A stretch of 64,000 nt of DNA from Dicyema japonicum (lineage: Eukaryota > Animalia > Dicyemida). How positions within the stretch are numbered: position 1 is the stretch's first letter; each line of letters starts with the position of its first letter. Positions 1 to 11,744 of this stretch are shown in pieces. The notes under the pieces are model-generated. The model saw only the letters and a program-made list of their open reading frames with translations. It was not told where the DNA came from and searched no databases. Location of the stretch: positions 333,772-397,771 of the forward strand of contig RDEW01000027.1 in the NCBI GenBank assembly GCA_011109175.1, read 5' to 3'. A program made the translations under genes and the position numbers.

Positions 1-695
1 ACACAGAACGTTGTTATAGGCAAAGCATCATAACTACTAAGATAAAAAATGTCATCAAGGAAGAACGTGACATCAATACATTATTTTAATTCGAGTGGAA
101 TATTTACTTTTATGTTCGGACACGTTTAAAGGGAAAAATAAGCCGATAAGTGCGTCTAAGGGTAGATTTTGTCTAAATCCACCTCAAGGAAATGTATAAA
201 AGTCCAATAATATTTATGAATCACGAGAAATGATTCAGTAGGGAGGGAGAAGGTCCACTAACTAAATGCATATGGTTCCCATGGTAGTGGTCGGAAAAAG
301 ACAAGTACTTCCAACTAAATAAGTTCATCTAGAAGCACAATTGTGGGAACCCTTCTAAGGAATAATCCACGTCTTCCACCAAATAGCAATTGGGCAGACA
401 AGTGTCTTCATCCTTCATAAAGCTAAGCAGACATTCCTTACAATAGGGTACGTCACAACCTTGACCTTCTGGCTAATTAATCAGCTATTAAATGTGGGGG
501 TTCTGTGCTTCTTTTACAAAAAACTGGGAGAAGGAATCATAGGAGAACAAAAGCAGATTCCATTCAAGTTCATTTTTAATGAAACCGAATATGGGCTTAT
601 TAAATTTTGAGTCCTGGGAATATAGTTGGAATGAAAAAATGTCTGGATAATAATAGAGAAAAAAATTAATTCATTATATAAATTAAAAAATATTC

Positions 696-960
696 TTGCT
701 CGGGGATGGCTACCGATTTACTCCTGTTGCGACCGAATCATCGGGAGCCGTTGGTCCAATTACGGCTGAATTCTTGCAAGAACTCGGAGGATTGCTTGCC
801 AGAAAGAAAAGGGATCAACGAGAAAGGTTATGGCTAAGACAAAAGATAGGAATAGCCATACTCCGAGGGAACTCGTTCGCAATCCACGCAGCAGGCTTCC
901 TCAACTGACATTTGTTTAATTGTTAAAAAAACTTTTTGTTATAATAAATTTAAAAGCTTT
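696..960 (+). mobile_element. CRE-clade-like non-LTR retrotransposon, 3' fragment (restriction-like endonuclease C-terminus)
   Basis: Translates as FTPVATESSGAVGP..FLQELGGLLARK.RDQRERLWLRQKIGIAILRGNS, the F.P.AVET.G..GP...L.QR.SIAI.RGN tail of REL-type elements. A near-identical inverted copy lies at 19890-20100. Confidence 0.75.
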
Positions 961-1376
961 GAAAAACATATTGAAATATAAAAGTAAATTTAAATAATAC
1001 GAAAATTGAAATAAATTAAATTGCCTGATTTTAAAAGCATTGTTTAACCAGCAATATTTCAACAATATAGCTAAATTTATCGCTGAAGCTTATTTCAAGA
1101 AAATTCACTTACCTGGTCGTGGTCTACTGTTATCATTTACGCAGTGGGTCTATTGGATTGCCGCCCATTGCACTGCGGGTCGCTTTCCTGTAAGGTCGGT
1201 TCCATACGGGCTGTCCTACGGCATATTTTTTCCGTGTGCTATGCACATTTTTTATTTCGAATTGTGAATGTTGGAAAATAAGAGATTGATTATTAAGCAT
1301 CGCTTACCAACATAAAGTTCTTGAGGAAGCACTGCAAGTTTTCTCTTAAAAATAATTGTAATAACCAAAACAATTT

Positions 1377-2040
1377 TAATGTGGACATTGGGGTAACTTT
1401 TTATCATAGCATCTTGTAACGTTAGGAGTTTTTGTCGACAACTTATCGTCATATCAGCGGAAGCATTGAGTTTATCTCTATATTTTGTTTTGGTAATGTA
1501 TATATTGAAAACTCCGACTCGCATAATTAAGAACCTATCTCCGAGTCGCATAATTAAGTCGTTGGAAAAAATATACTGTACGTATCAGGATATTTTGAAA
1601 TGTTTGCTTTCAAAAATTAAGAAGGGATTCATTTTAAATATCTGATTTGACGTTGATTCTGATGTTAAATCAATAATATGTTCATATTCAATTGATGCTA
1701 GATTTGCTGGTATTATTTTGAATGGATTTTGAACCCAATTGTCATCAAATTTATCTTGAAAATATTTCCAATGTTATCCAAAATTACCAAATGATCTTTG
1801 CTGTCCTGAAGTATTGTCCAATGTGCATTCTTATTCATCAAGATACTCTTGCAAAACGGCAAAGCATGTAATGTTATTTTTATTTACGTATGACCGCCAA
1901 AATTCAATTTTCCGTTTTAAGGCCATCAGTTTGTCGTTCAAAATAAAAACAGATTGAAATTTTCTTTGTAGCGATAATGTAAATTTATTCAGTTTATAAA
2001 AGCCAAATATGCAATTCTCTGTCAACAAAGATTGTTTTCC
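1377..2040 (-). mobile_element. hAT (Buster/ZBED5-like) transposase C-terminal remnant
   Basis: Broken frames give LNKFTLSLQRK..IFILNDKLMALKRKIEFW, NWVQNPF, KTKYRDKL and LSTKTPNV..KKLPQCPH*, matching the Buster-type dimerisation region. Contains stops and frameshifts; no TIR pair found. Confidence 0.7.
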
Positions 2041-2149
2041 AATTTTTTGTAAATTGGTTTAAAGACTGTTTTCCTGAAATCATCAGCAATGTCTCAGCAG
2101 CTCGATCACTATTGGCTTAAAGTCTTCGCTTTTATTTCCGAATAAATAT

Positions 2150-2565
2150 TTATATCGTCTTAACTTAGTCAAGGATTTACAATCGATTTTTAGTGAATCC
2201 TTAAAATTAAAGAAAACCATGTCGTTGATGTTCCCATGAATACTCGTTGATGTTCCATACAGATATTGATTGACAACAATTGTGCCAGGATATAATTAAA
2301 GGGTGATATACCAGAAAAGGAGCCAATCTCTGTTTATAAGTAAAAAAGTTATAATTTCTAGTAAAAAGCAAAAATTCAGACAGGCGAACGCAGACTCGAT
2401 GGTTCTTGTATTTAATTTTTAAATTTATTGAAACAAAAACACCGTCATAGCCAGATTGAAAAAAATTTAAGTGATCTTTGGCCTCCCTCAGCATTCTTCG
2501 TTTAGATATAATTTAGGATTATATCTGGCGCCACCAGAGATGGTGAACTACATGACGCACGCAAA
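2150..2565 (-). mobile_element. APE-type LINE, 5' end remnant
   Basis: Begins with GCGTGCGTCATGTAGTTCACC..CTGGTGGCGCC, matching the 5' end of the LINE at 31706. Followed by ISVWNINE and a decayed IDC..LTKL, the start of the endonuclease. Confidence 0.55.
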
Positions 2566-2760
2566 CAATTGAAGCTCCCTGGAGCCAAAAGGAAAGAGGA
2601 GGGAAGAAGAATCAAACAAATAATCTTCAATTCGTGTAGCTAATAGAACAACACTAACCTTGGCGCACCAATGTCGTCGACTGCAAAACTATCCTTTGCG
2701 CGGGCCGCACGTTGCGAATTCCATATTTCAATAAAAATGTAACGAAATTAGAAAAAATAT

Positions 2761-2833
2761 TGACTCTAACGGGATTCGAACCCGCAATCTTCGGCTCCGG
2801 AGGCCGACGCCCTATCCATTAGGCCATAGAGCC
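2761..2833 (-). tRNA. tRNA-Arg(CCG)
   Basis: Reverse complement folds to a cloverleaf: acceptor GGCTCTA/TAGAGTC, anticodon arm TCGGC-CTCCGGA-GCCGA, T-loop GGTTCGAATCC. 73 nt. Confidence 0.95.
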
Positions 2834-2869
2834 GAATTTATTCGCTTAAATATCTCCATAGTAATTATC

Positions 2870-3125
2870 TCAAGTTCCTCCTTTTTCTTCCTATTAGAGT
2901 GCGTCATGAGATCTACCTGTCAAGGTGGCCTTCAGTGCCTGACCATTCGAAAAAGGATCATTTGTTCTTCCCTACTCCACTGGAGGGGTTTCCACAACTG
3001 AAAGTATAGACTTTTTTTTCGTTTATGCTCATTCTTGATGGACTCTTTCTGTAGATGTGGAAACTGGATCACTTAATTAATTGTTTACTTTAACTTCTTT
3101 TATCGGTGTATCCGGGGTTAATAAA
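2870..3125 (+). mobile_element. Short non-autonomous LINE derivative (5'-truncated copy of 60060-60392)
   Basis: Colinear with 60160-60392 (ttcctattagagtg..cgtcatg..gaaaaaggatcatttg..ctccactggaggggtttccacaactg..ggtgtatccggggttaataaa). Confidence 0.8.
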
Positions 3126-3439
3126 TTAATTAAATGCCTGTGAGGAACTTGAGATTGTTGAATATTTGAAAATTAAGACTAACAGTTTCGACAGCAGTAG
3201 TTAAAATGGATTCACAATCTAAAGAAATTACTCATTTTTTCTAGAATTGATGTTATTTTGTAATTAGACGTGAGAGATTTGTATTAATATTTTTCACGGT
3301 TTATGCTTGCTGGTTAGTTAGTTGCCCAGAACTCACTAACATGTAGGAGACTGGCTTCCTCCAAGAGTCTAGTTGAGAGTGCTGTAGTCCTTAATGTCAT
3401 AAGGTAGTGCGAGGAGTTAGCTGATAGTCACTTAATGTC

Positions 3440-4030
3440 ATAAGGTCTCTTTCAATTCTTGGATTAACGTTTGACAGGCTGGTGAATTTCAACTCCCACG
3501 CGAGGAAAGTAATCAATAGAGGTTTGCAGAAGCTGAAGGTTGTACTTCCGCTTGTCCGGTTCTCCTTTGAATTTGGATGCTTCTGTTGCGACACTCTACC
3601 GGCAAACTATCCACCAGCCGTGGAGTTTGTCTCTGTTGCGTGGAAATTCAGTTATCGGAGGCTATGCTCCACAGACTCAACTCGATGTACCGGAAAACTA
3701 TAAATATATATGGGACCTCATATTGGATAAACAGTCATTCCACTACTAATAAAAAAACGACCCGTAATCGTGAATCCGAATTCCTTCATGTCGGTGGGGA
3801 GGATGAAAGCCCCCTTGGCCTGTCCTTTTCCAAGGCAAAAAAAGTCGATTGGTTAAGAAGTTCTCTTTCCCAATCTGATTCTTCCGCAGGGATGAAAGAA
3901 GAATCTTTCGTACGGAAGTGGGAACAATAGGATCACAGACATTGGATGGCTTATTGACTTCGGGAACTGGAATTACCTAACTGTTTTTTTCTGTCATTCT
4001 TTCTCGGTGATCCCGGGGTTCAAAATAAAT
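3440..4030 (+). mobile_element. LINE 3' fragment (RT thumb and tail)
   Basis: ILGLTFDRLVNFNSHARKV..LYRQTI thumb motif. Tail ends ggtgatcccggggttcaaaataaataaa. Inverted copy at 25660-26000. Confidence 0.75.
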
Positions 4031-4169
4031 AAATCCTGACGCGTTCCAACAGAACCCTCACCCAATCACAGTGATCATGAAGACGTTTTCAAGGAAAGTG
4101 AGGTCAATTCCAGAAATCGTCGCCAGAGAACGAAATTGTATCCCGATGAAATGAATAGATGAATCCTTA

Positions 4170-4278
4170 TGTATGCTGGCCCGGCGTAAGCGTAACCTGA
4201 GCAATGTGGATCCTATGACGCCACTAAAAGGAAGGAAGAGAAATTTTTATCAAGATAGCAACATTTGCACCACATCAA
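4170..4278 (-). repeat. LINE-family 5' head fragment
   Basis: Reverse complement atgtggtgc..ttccttccttttagtggcgtcataggatccac matches 60095-60190 and 6985-7078. Confidence 0.55.
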
Positions 4279-4401
4279 TATAATTGTTTTTGAAGCAATC
4301 AAGATTTATGCAATTACAATATAATTTATAAATTTATTTAAAATTAATTAAGTTTATATTTAAAATTTAAAAACGACATAACGTGTTTTAGTGAGGGCGT
4401 A

Positions 4402-4996
4402 ATGGTGAGTAGAAAATCAAAAAAGAACAAAAAACTCGAGAATATCGGTAATTATATTTAATAAAAACCAGACGAAAAAATCCCTCATAGACTTCGCGAA
4501 ATGATTCAAAATATGCAACCAGTCGTAAAGAAAAAGCCAGTTTTAAAAGAGTCCGCAAAGAAAAGCCCTGTGCCTACTTCACACCCATCAGAGGAAGACC
4601 TTGAACTAAATCATCACTTTTCTGAAATGGCGAAGAAGATTGATGTGAAATTTAGATTTACTTTTAGTTCCATATCGCCAAGATGAACCAAAAGTGCAAA
4701 AAGAGGTTTTTGAATGTTTTAAGTCTTCTAGGAGTGGAAAGGCAGATGCTTTAAGGAACAAAAATAAGCATAAAAAACAAATAAAGAGTATTGACGACAG
4801 CTATGCTGAGCTGGAGAATAAAATATTTACTGGTTCGCTCAATTTGATATTCCTAGACAAAGTTGAGTACGGAGACGTTGTCGATCGGCCTCCTGTGTTA
4901 CCAGATTTGAAAAATAGTATTTCTGCGAAAAAAGTAGTTTTTGGCTTATTTTAGTGTCATAATACCCAATTACTGCTGAAGAACAGGATTAAATGA
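4402..4996 (+). CDS. CCDC137: CCDC137-like coiled-coil protein (5 introns: 24, 23, 26, 24, 21 nt)
   Basis: Spliced frame is open from ATG 4402 to TGA 4996. DEKIPHRLREMI and DKVEYGDVVDRPPVL resemble the two conserved CCDC137 blocks (EIPFRLREIM; DTVKFGEVVLQPPEL). Confidence 0.7.
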
Positions 4997-5049
4997 TTTT
5001 AATTACTTTTTTTTATTTTTTAAGAATTATATTTATTAAACAATATAAA

Positions 5050-6160
5050 ATATTCAGGCATCATTTACCAAGGCGATGGATTCGTGGCTGATTGTATTGA
5101 TCTACGGTGATTTTATATGGATTCATGTTATTGAGTGAAATTTTATTTGACTTAAGCTGTCTAGAAGACCCTTCTTTTTAACAACAGGACATAAAATGTG
5201 TTCTGTCATATCTCCAAAGGCCATCCTTAGAAGATTAGCCATGCAGTCATGCCAGCTATTTTATGATCCTCAGTTGATTGTTTCTTTATAATGGTCGTGT
5301 CTTTCCGAAGGTGTAATACACGAAATAATATTGTGAATTAACTCCTTTCAACTTCCTTAGTAATAAAAGTTGTCTTCGGTGTAATAATTCTACGTTTTGA
5401 TTTTCGTCATTATGACTTCTATAGATTTTTGTCAAATCAAGAAAACAGTTGTTTTTTGGGTGAAAAACTGGATATTTTGGATGACCCGGAAACTATATTA
5501 GTCAACTTAATTATTGCTTCAAATTTAACGAATCATTCACAATTTAGTGATGTGTGTTATCAAACACTCTCGTCCTTCCATGCTCACGACAAAGTATGTG
5601 CAGCCAGAGAAACTAACAACAAAGTTATCTGTCATAAGCAAACTCCCATTGTCCATCCAGATCCTCTCATTCTTTAGGCGTCTCCAGAAACTTTGAATAT
5701 CCTCGTCGAGAACTACGTGGTTGTTTTCTTATTCTGGTTGAGGGTTAAATACGCTTACGATTCTTCCTGACTTGAAGAGTCGTTATCTGTAATACCTCAC
5801 CGTGGAACGAAATTGTCCACCGAACTCATGCGGAACCAATAGAAAAAGAGATTAAGAACATTCCTGATGTTTTGGATTGGACCGCTTCATCATGGTCTAT
5901 TCCCTTCTCTTATCTGACTTCCAGAAGGTCAGATGGTCTTCATGTGTTGTTTTCATCAAAATCTTCCTGATCGTCTCCTTAAGTTTTGTGTCTAGCAGCG
6001 AAACATTAACTTGGTTTCTATACGAGACAATTACGCTCTCCAGGTTTTCTTGATTATCAGCGATTGAATATATGAATATTTCCTTTCGCTAATATTCAAT
6101 TCTACGAATGTGATATCACCCCACGTGAGTACGATCGGAGCAACCTTGACTTTTATAAGA
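5050..6160 (-). mobile_element. Decayed APE-type LINE (5' half)
   Basis: Fragments VELNI..IETKL (endonuclease N-terminus) and later linker-like peptides. Heavily interrupted. Confidence 0.45.
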
Positions 6161-6164
6161 CTTC

Positions 6165-6320
6165 AGTGGCAATGGTGGCTAGAACTCTCCAGAAATCCAG
6201 CGTTCCGTGATTTTGGAGGCTCTTTTTCGGCTAGCTTCGATCTTCAAGACATTCGTCCAAGAGATGAGTGGGGCCCCCTATACCACATGCATAAGAGAAG
6301 CATGGTTCAATGAATTGTCT
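6165..6320 (-). mobile_element. LINE RT-thumb fragment
   Basis: High similarity to 50620-50760 (gaaatccagcgttccgtgattttggaggctcttttt..cgatcttcaagacatt). Confidence 0.75.
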
Positions 6321-6984
6321 GAACTAGATGATTAGTTACTAGCAAATTTATATTGCAATAACAAAAGCATGATGGAGGCTCTTGGACATGTATTTAAATG
6401 CACCTAGAAGTTTCACCTAACATGGTCAGAGAGGACTTCTCGACGCTTACCGATTCTATGGGCGACAAATGACTATTCTACAGTAGTCCTCGACAGTGAC
6501 CCCCAAAGGCTTAGAAGACGTCTCATAGAAAATATTTCATTTTAGCATTAATATATAAAATCTAAATTTCAACCTCTTCTAACTTGGGGATTGGTCGATT
6601 TTAGCCTTTAACTAGGTCTTGATATCACAAAGATAATTTTTACTATAATTGATGAAAATGTATAAAAATGGCCTTGTCTTTAAAAATCAGTAAAGAACAT
6701 ACGCACATACTCACAGACGCACAAACTTACCAATTTCTAATATAAAAGGATTGAAAATGTTCAATGTTTGTATTCTCCCATGAGAAAGGCTGATTAACGA
6801 GTAGATTGTTTAAAATCTGTTCATTTAGACTAGATTTTACATATTCTTGAGCACAATCCTTATGAATGGGGACACATTTTACACACATTAAATTAAATTT
6901 ATTCCAAAGACCAAAGGTAACCAAACTAACAAACTCCTTGATCCTGAATCGTTCAAGCGTTCCAGAACTTGTCTCTAGGATTGG

Positions 6985-7078
6985 GCGTCTCCTCAGTAAG
7001 GTGGATCCAATGACGCCATCAGAAGGAAGGAAAATAATTTATTGACAAACTAGCCGCACCACATGGCACCACGCGGCC
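6985..7078 (-). repeat. LINE-family 5' head fragment
   Basis: Reverse complement GCCGCGTGGTGCCATGTGGTGCGG..TGGCGTCATTGGATCCACC matches 60084-60190. Confidence 0.7.
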
Positions 7079-7769
7079 AAAAATTGAAATAATTATGCTC
7101 CATCAATTAGAATAAACAGTTATGTGAATTTTCCCTTTGATGTATTAAATCTGCTTTACTAATAACATTCATAAATACATTACCTAATATCTTATCGCTT
7201 ATTTTTTGCTAAACAAGTTTCCCATCGCACTTTCATTTTATATCTCATTTTGATCGATAACCTACTTTTTTACCTTTGATATTCAAAAGTTGTTGCACAC
7301 CAGTTATTGGAGGCAAGTCTATTTTCTAAAGTTAAAATGAATATTTCTAGTTTACCGAAAATATGTGTGGCATAAGTAATATATAAATAGAAAATTGAGC
7401 GATTTGAAGCACTCTGTAGAATGGCAATCGCAGTAATCATTAATTCCATCTTTAGGTACCTGAAATGATTTGTTCATACACAAAATATGTCATCAATTCG
7501 TCGTTTGAAATTATTGAACCAACATTCTGTGAATTGACGGATAATGAACATTCAAGAATCAGCAACAACGTGATAATAATATGTCCTTCAGTAATCAATG
7601 AGATTTGTCCGCATAAAATGATTCCGTGGTGATTATGTGACTATTAGTTTAGAATCTATTATTTAACTTCGATAAAGTTTTTTCCTGATTTTAATATTTT
7701 TTAAGTTCTCAATCAAGAGTTAGCAATGCTGATGTAACTTTGACTCTGATATGGCTGTGGTCAATGGTA

Positions 7770-9480
7770 ATCTCTCGAACTTCCCTACTGTCCACCGTTG
7801 AAGAAACTGCCAAAAATTATTGGAGCAAGATTCGAGCCTATCCCTCTAGAAAACACATCTTGTTGAACAATAAGGGAACTCATTGATGCTGGCCACTATA
7901 CCAGGCAGCACCTCAAACAAAATGCCCCAAAGTCTACTCACAATAAGAGGTGGTGCCAGGTCTTAATGACTCAAATAACATTTATAGATGTTTTTACCAA
8001 TAATTCAGACAAATTATGACCAATAATTCAGACTTCGCCCTTACAACATACGTAAAGTGCCTCAAAAGCCTATTCGGCTGCCGAGATGTCCGAGAGATCA
8101 AAACGAGACAAATACCCTGTTTTCTTCGTTCCAATCGTAGTAACAATCCAGTTCCCTTGCCCCTTCGAAGCTAGAATTCCTGGGTCGTATAGAGAATCGA
8201 ATTTCTACGAGATCTCAACTGGAGAACGTCATCAAAGAGTCGAATGTATCTTCTGGATTCGCGTATTAGGAATGGAGATGTTTCAGAGGAATATCTCAAA
8301 TCCACCTTTAAATCTCCTGTCCGTAGTAAATAGGGTGAACTGAGACTTGATTGCAGAAACAGACAGCAAATTCACAAATAACCAGTCACACACCTATTTG
8401 AGGTGTGACAGAACCACAGCCCTGGAAGGAGATTTGTCCCATATATTTGGTATTGTATGAGAATTGATAGAATAGTTGTATAGCCTCGATGACACGATAT
8501 GTCCCTGAGGTCCTAGGTGCTTGATATGAATATCACAGATACCGTTGGGCCACATGCTCGGGTGGACAGTAGATATTTGATAGTCTTTTCCACATCATAG
8601 AGAGTGAAGAAGGCAGTATATGGCGTCTGTTGTGGACCACATCGTTTGACACGCAGAGATCGAGAGAAATTCTTGTGGCTGATCGACACATATTTCATAA
8701 GATTATTTGCAAGTTTCCGTTCAGGTTCCGAGGCAATAGGGGTTACGGATTTCACTCCGTCGCCATCTTCGTTTATAATACTGTGGATACTTCTCAGTGT
8801 CTTCCAGAAGGTGCCACAAGAGTTTTTGGCATAGTTGACCAACAAGTCGGCTCCACATATGTCTGTGGTACGCAATTTGCAATCTGATTTTCTTCAAGGC
8901 ATCACTTTTCTTGATAAATGCCAGAATACCCAAAGATAGTTTCGGATTAAGTGTTTTGTGAGATTATTGGGGATAAACATTCTGTCGGCTCTCAGGATAT
9001 ATCTGAGGTCAATAGAAAAGTCTTCAACAGCGAAGCCAAATAAACAACTGTCCACAAACGTGCTGAAACCAATCCAATCTGCATTCGAATTGTTCTTGAA
9101 CTTCGTAGAACATCTTGGCAAGCAAATAGATTTTTTAAGTCTCAAAAATTGGATTATGGTTACTTGTAAAACCATAACGAACATAGATATCCAGCAAGAG
9201 AGGGAGTACATAATGACAAGTCCGGAGAGGTTGGGTTGTCCTCCTTTCGGATTGGGGTCCTAGTATGGGAATCTGGATTATTGAGAATAGTTAAGAGTAT
9301 TGATAGTATGCACTCTCTGTGATTGTCGGCTGATTGTGACCTGAGCCAGAGCGGATGTTTGGCATTTAAGTCTCCGCATATTAACAGATCATTTAGTACA
9401 CATAATCAGATAGGTTGGTGATATGGGAAGTAGTGCACGACCCCGGAATATAGATATTACACAATGAAAAAATATCTCCC
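7770..9480 (-). mobile_element. Decayed APE-RT LINE
   Basis: GDLNAKHPLW and NNPDSHTRTP..TSPDL (APE); WKTLRSI, ACGP and LYNYSINSH.IP.IW (RT N-terminal region). Confidence 0.75.
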
Positions 9481-9689
9481 CCGGAAAAAGGATACTTCAA
9501 TAGAAGTTTGTTCCAGAATAAAATCTTCTTCGCAGAAAAGATACAAATGGGGTGACATCCATAAATTTAAGAACTAATAATAACAGTAGAAATCTGGAGT
9601 GCATGGCAAAAGGCCTGATGGCCCTTAGTTTGAATATCGGTGCTGTACATTCCGCTTGAAGGTTCCAAGAATCTAAAAGCTTTGGCCTG

Positions 9690-9860
9690 ACAAGTGACGT
9701 GGTCATCATTGAAAATCTCACTGCGGAACCGGATCGTCTACAAAAGGACTCACACCCAACAAAAAAAGAAGTGAAGATCCTGGTTCTTCTTCATCGATTA
9801 TTTATGATGACTGTTCTTAACCTAAAATAAAGCATGTGTTGCCTGGGAGGAGTTATAGTT
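9690..9860 (+). repeat. Interspersed repeat, probable LINE 3' end (family also at 36340-36460 +, 40635-40805 +, 42470-42860 -, 54900-55010 -)
   Basis: Shared core ttggc(c/t)tgac.agtgacg..gtcatca.tgaa.atctcactgcggaacc.gatcgtctac and tail ..aaataaag..tgt..tgcctg.gagg. Confidence 0.7.
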
Positions 9861-10319
9861 TCGTAAAGTGCAGAATTTATATTTAAAAAACCCATAGTTG
9901 GCTACAAATCGGAGTGAATTTGTTTTTATAACAAGTCACTGATTACACAGTTCATTATGATTTCCGAAAAAAAAGTTTCTGTCCTGAACAGGAAGGAAAT
10001 GATTATGATCATGGAATATCGTTCCCTAACGCAATCCGAGTACACGTCCTTAAAATTATTCAATTGTAGCCATTGCGGCATCTCTCTTCATAAAATACTT
10101 TTTAGTTTCAGATTGTGAAAAAAACAAACAGCATTCTTTTACTTAATGAGGCGATTGAACGTATTCTTTTCCATGATAGTCACGTGGTAAGTTCAATCTG
10201 TGATAAAAGCAATGTACAAGATGTTCAGTCAATAAACTGCATACAGCTGTATTGATCAGTTCATATTTAGTGGACTACACAATAATAAGTCATGATAAAC
10301 TCGACTGTCATGAGGGTTA

Positions 10320-10625
10320 TCTAAGACACCGGGTTTACTTGTCTCGAACATGTCGGACTTGACAGAGTAGATGGCTGGATGATCAAGCCAAGGAAGGTGT
10401 CTTGCATAGGATTCAACACTTTCTCTAACCCGAATCTGATCAAGTCATCGTTGAGCGTGGGTTTCACAACGAGTACTGCTGAAGATTCGAAAAGGAGGAA
10501 GTACCGCGGCATTGGTGATCTGTTAACATTCCAGCCTATCTCCGTTGAGACGTCTTGCGTTCTTGGCCCAAGCATGTCAGAATTTATCAAGTCAAATAGG
10601 TTTGCGGACTACAGAAGGAATAGCT
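10320..10625 (+). mobile_element. CRE-like REL endonuclease fragment
   Basis: NTFSNPNL..SSLSVGFTTSTAEDSKRRKY..LTFQPISVETS.VLGP, the AE..K..KY / F.P.AVET motif. Confidence 0.65.
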
Positions 10626-10629
10626 TAGA

Positions 10630-11115
10630 ATGACACGATGGCTCTTCTAGAACATTGGGTTCGCGGAAACAAGATCGACTGTTTTGGCCTACACCCTCTC
10701 TCCTGCAGGAATAGTTCAGGCAGATTTCCCAGACACATGGCCTTGAACGAGATCGTTAGGCGAGCTTTGGACGTTGCCGGCAGCCCTCCATGCTCAAACC
10801 AGTCGGTCTTACACGCGTGACGGAAAACGACCAGATGCGATGACAATCTTCTTTTTTGAAGCCGGTAAACCTTTTGTCTGGGACGTTACCTGCACCGACC
10901 TACTCCAAAGTGTCTCTGGAGCCTGTTCTGCCGCTAAGAAGGTCGAGAAGATGAAACGGGAAAAGTACCCAAGGATTTTTTGTTTGTTCCACTCGCCGTT
11001 GAGACGTCTGGTTCCCTTACACATACGACGCTTGAATTCTTGAGTCGTCTAGGGAATCGGATCGCTACAGGAACAGGAGACCCTCGTGAGCGCTGCTAAT
11101 TATTTGAGCGAATCT
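10630..11115 (+). mobile_element. CRE-like zinc-knuckle and REL endonuclease fragment
   Basis: DCFGLHPLSC..SGRFPRHMALNEIVRRAL, DGKRPDAMT..GKPFVWDVTC, K.EKMKREKY, TGDPRE. The PD..D nuclease core is visible. Confidence 0.8.
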
Positions 11116-11744
11116 TATTTTCTTCAATAAAATTTTTAAAATCACATTGATTATTAAATTTTTTATTTCCAACTCGTTACCATAAAGATTTTCCAGGTGG
11201 GCGATATTTTTTAAAAGTTTGTTAAAGGGAGCGATGACCTGAATAAGTTTGGGAACCCCAGGTCTAGACGGACCTTCTAGAACACCAGTGTCCTTATATC
11301 CGTCTATTTCATCAATAAACGTAGTAGCTGACTCTCCAACGTAGAATAAACATTTTAATATCCTTAACAACCCATCGAGGGGTACCAGACTTTTCAAGTA
11401 CCTTCATTAAAAAGCTGTGATCGTCAGAATTAAATACCTTAATTATTTGGCCCAGAATACAAGTTCCTATAAAATGCCGATTAAGTTTTAATTGTCAATG
11501 CAAAAATTCTTCAGAAATTCGTAAGTAATTTCTTCTCACAGACTCTAATCTTGTCCTCAATGTATTATGTAATTATCGCTCTTTCCTGTGATTTTCTTCT
11601 TGTACTTCACTAACGACAAACCATGACATGCCGTAAAAGACTTTTCAATCAAACCAAGATCCGATCCCCATTGCTCAACTTTCCTAATATTACAATCCAG
11701 ATTATAAACATAAAAAGTTAATAAATTTATTTAAAAACAATTAT

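Noticed and set aside
2520-3125. tRNA-targeted retrotransposon insertion
   Set aside because: Elements flank tRNA-Arg, but tRNA-Ala shows no equivalent arrangement and most copies lie far from tRNAs.
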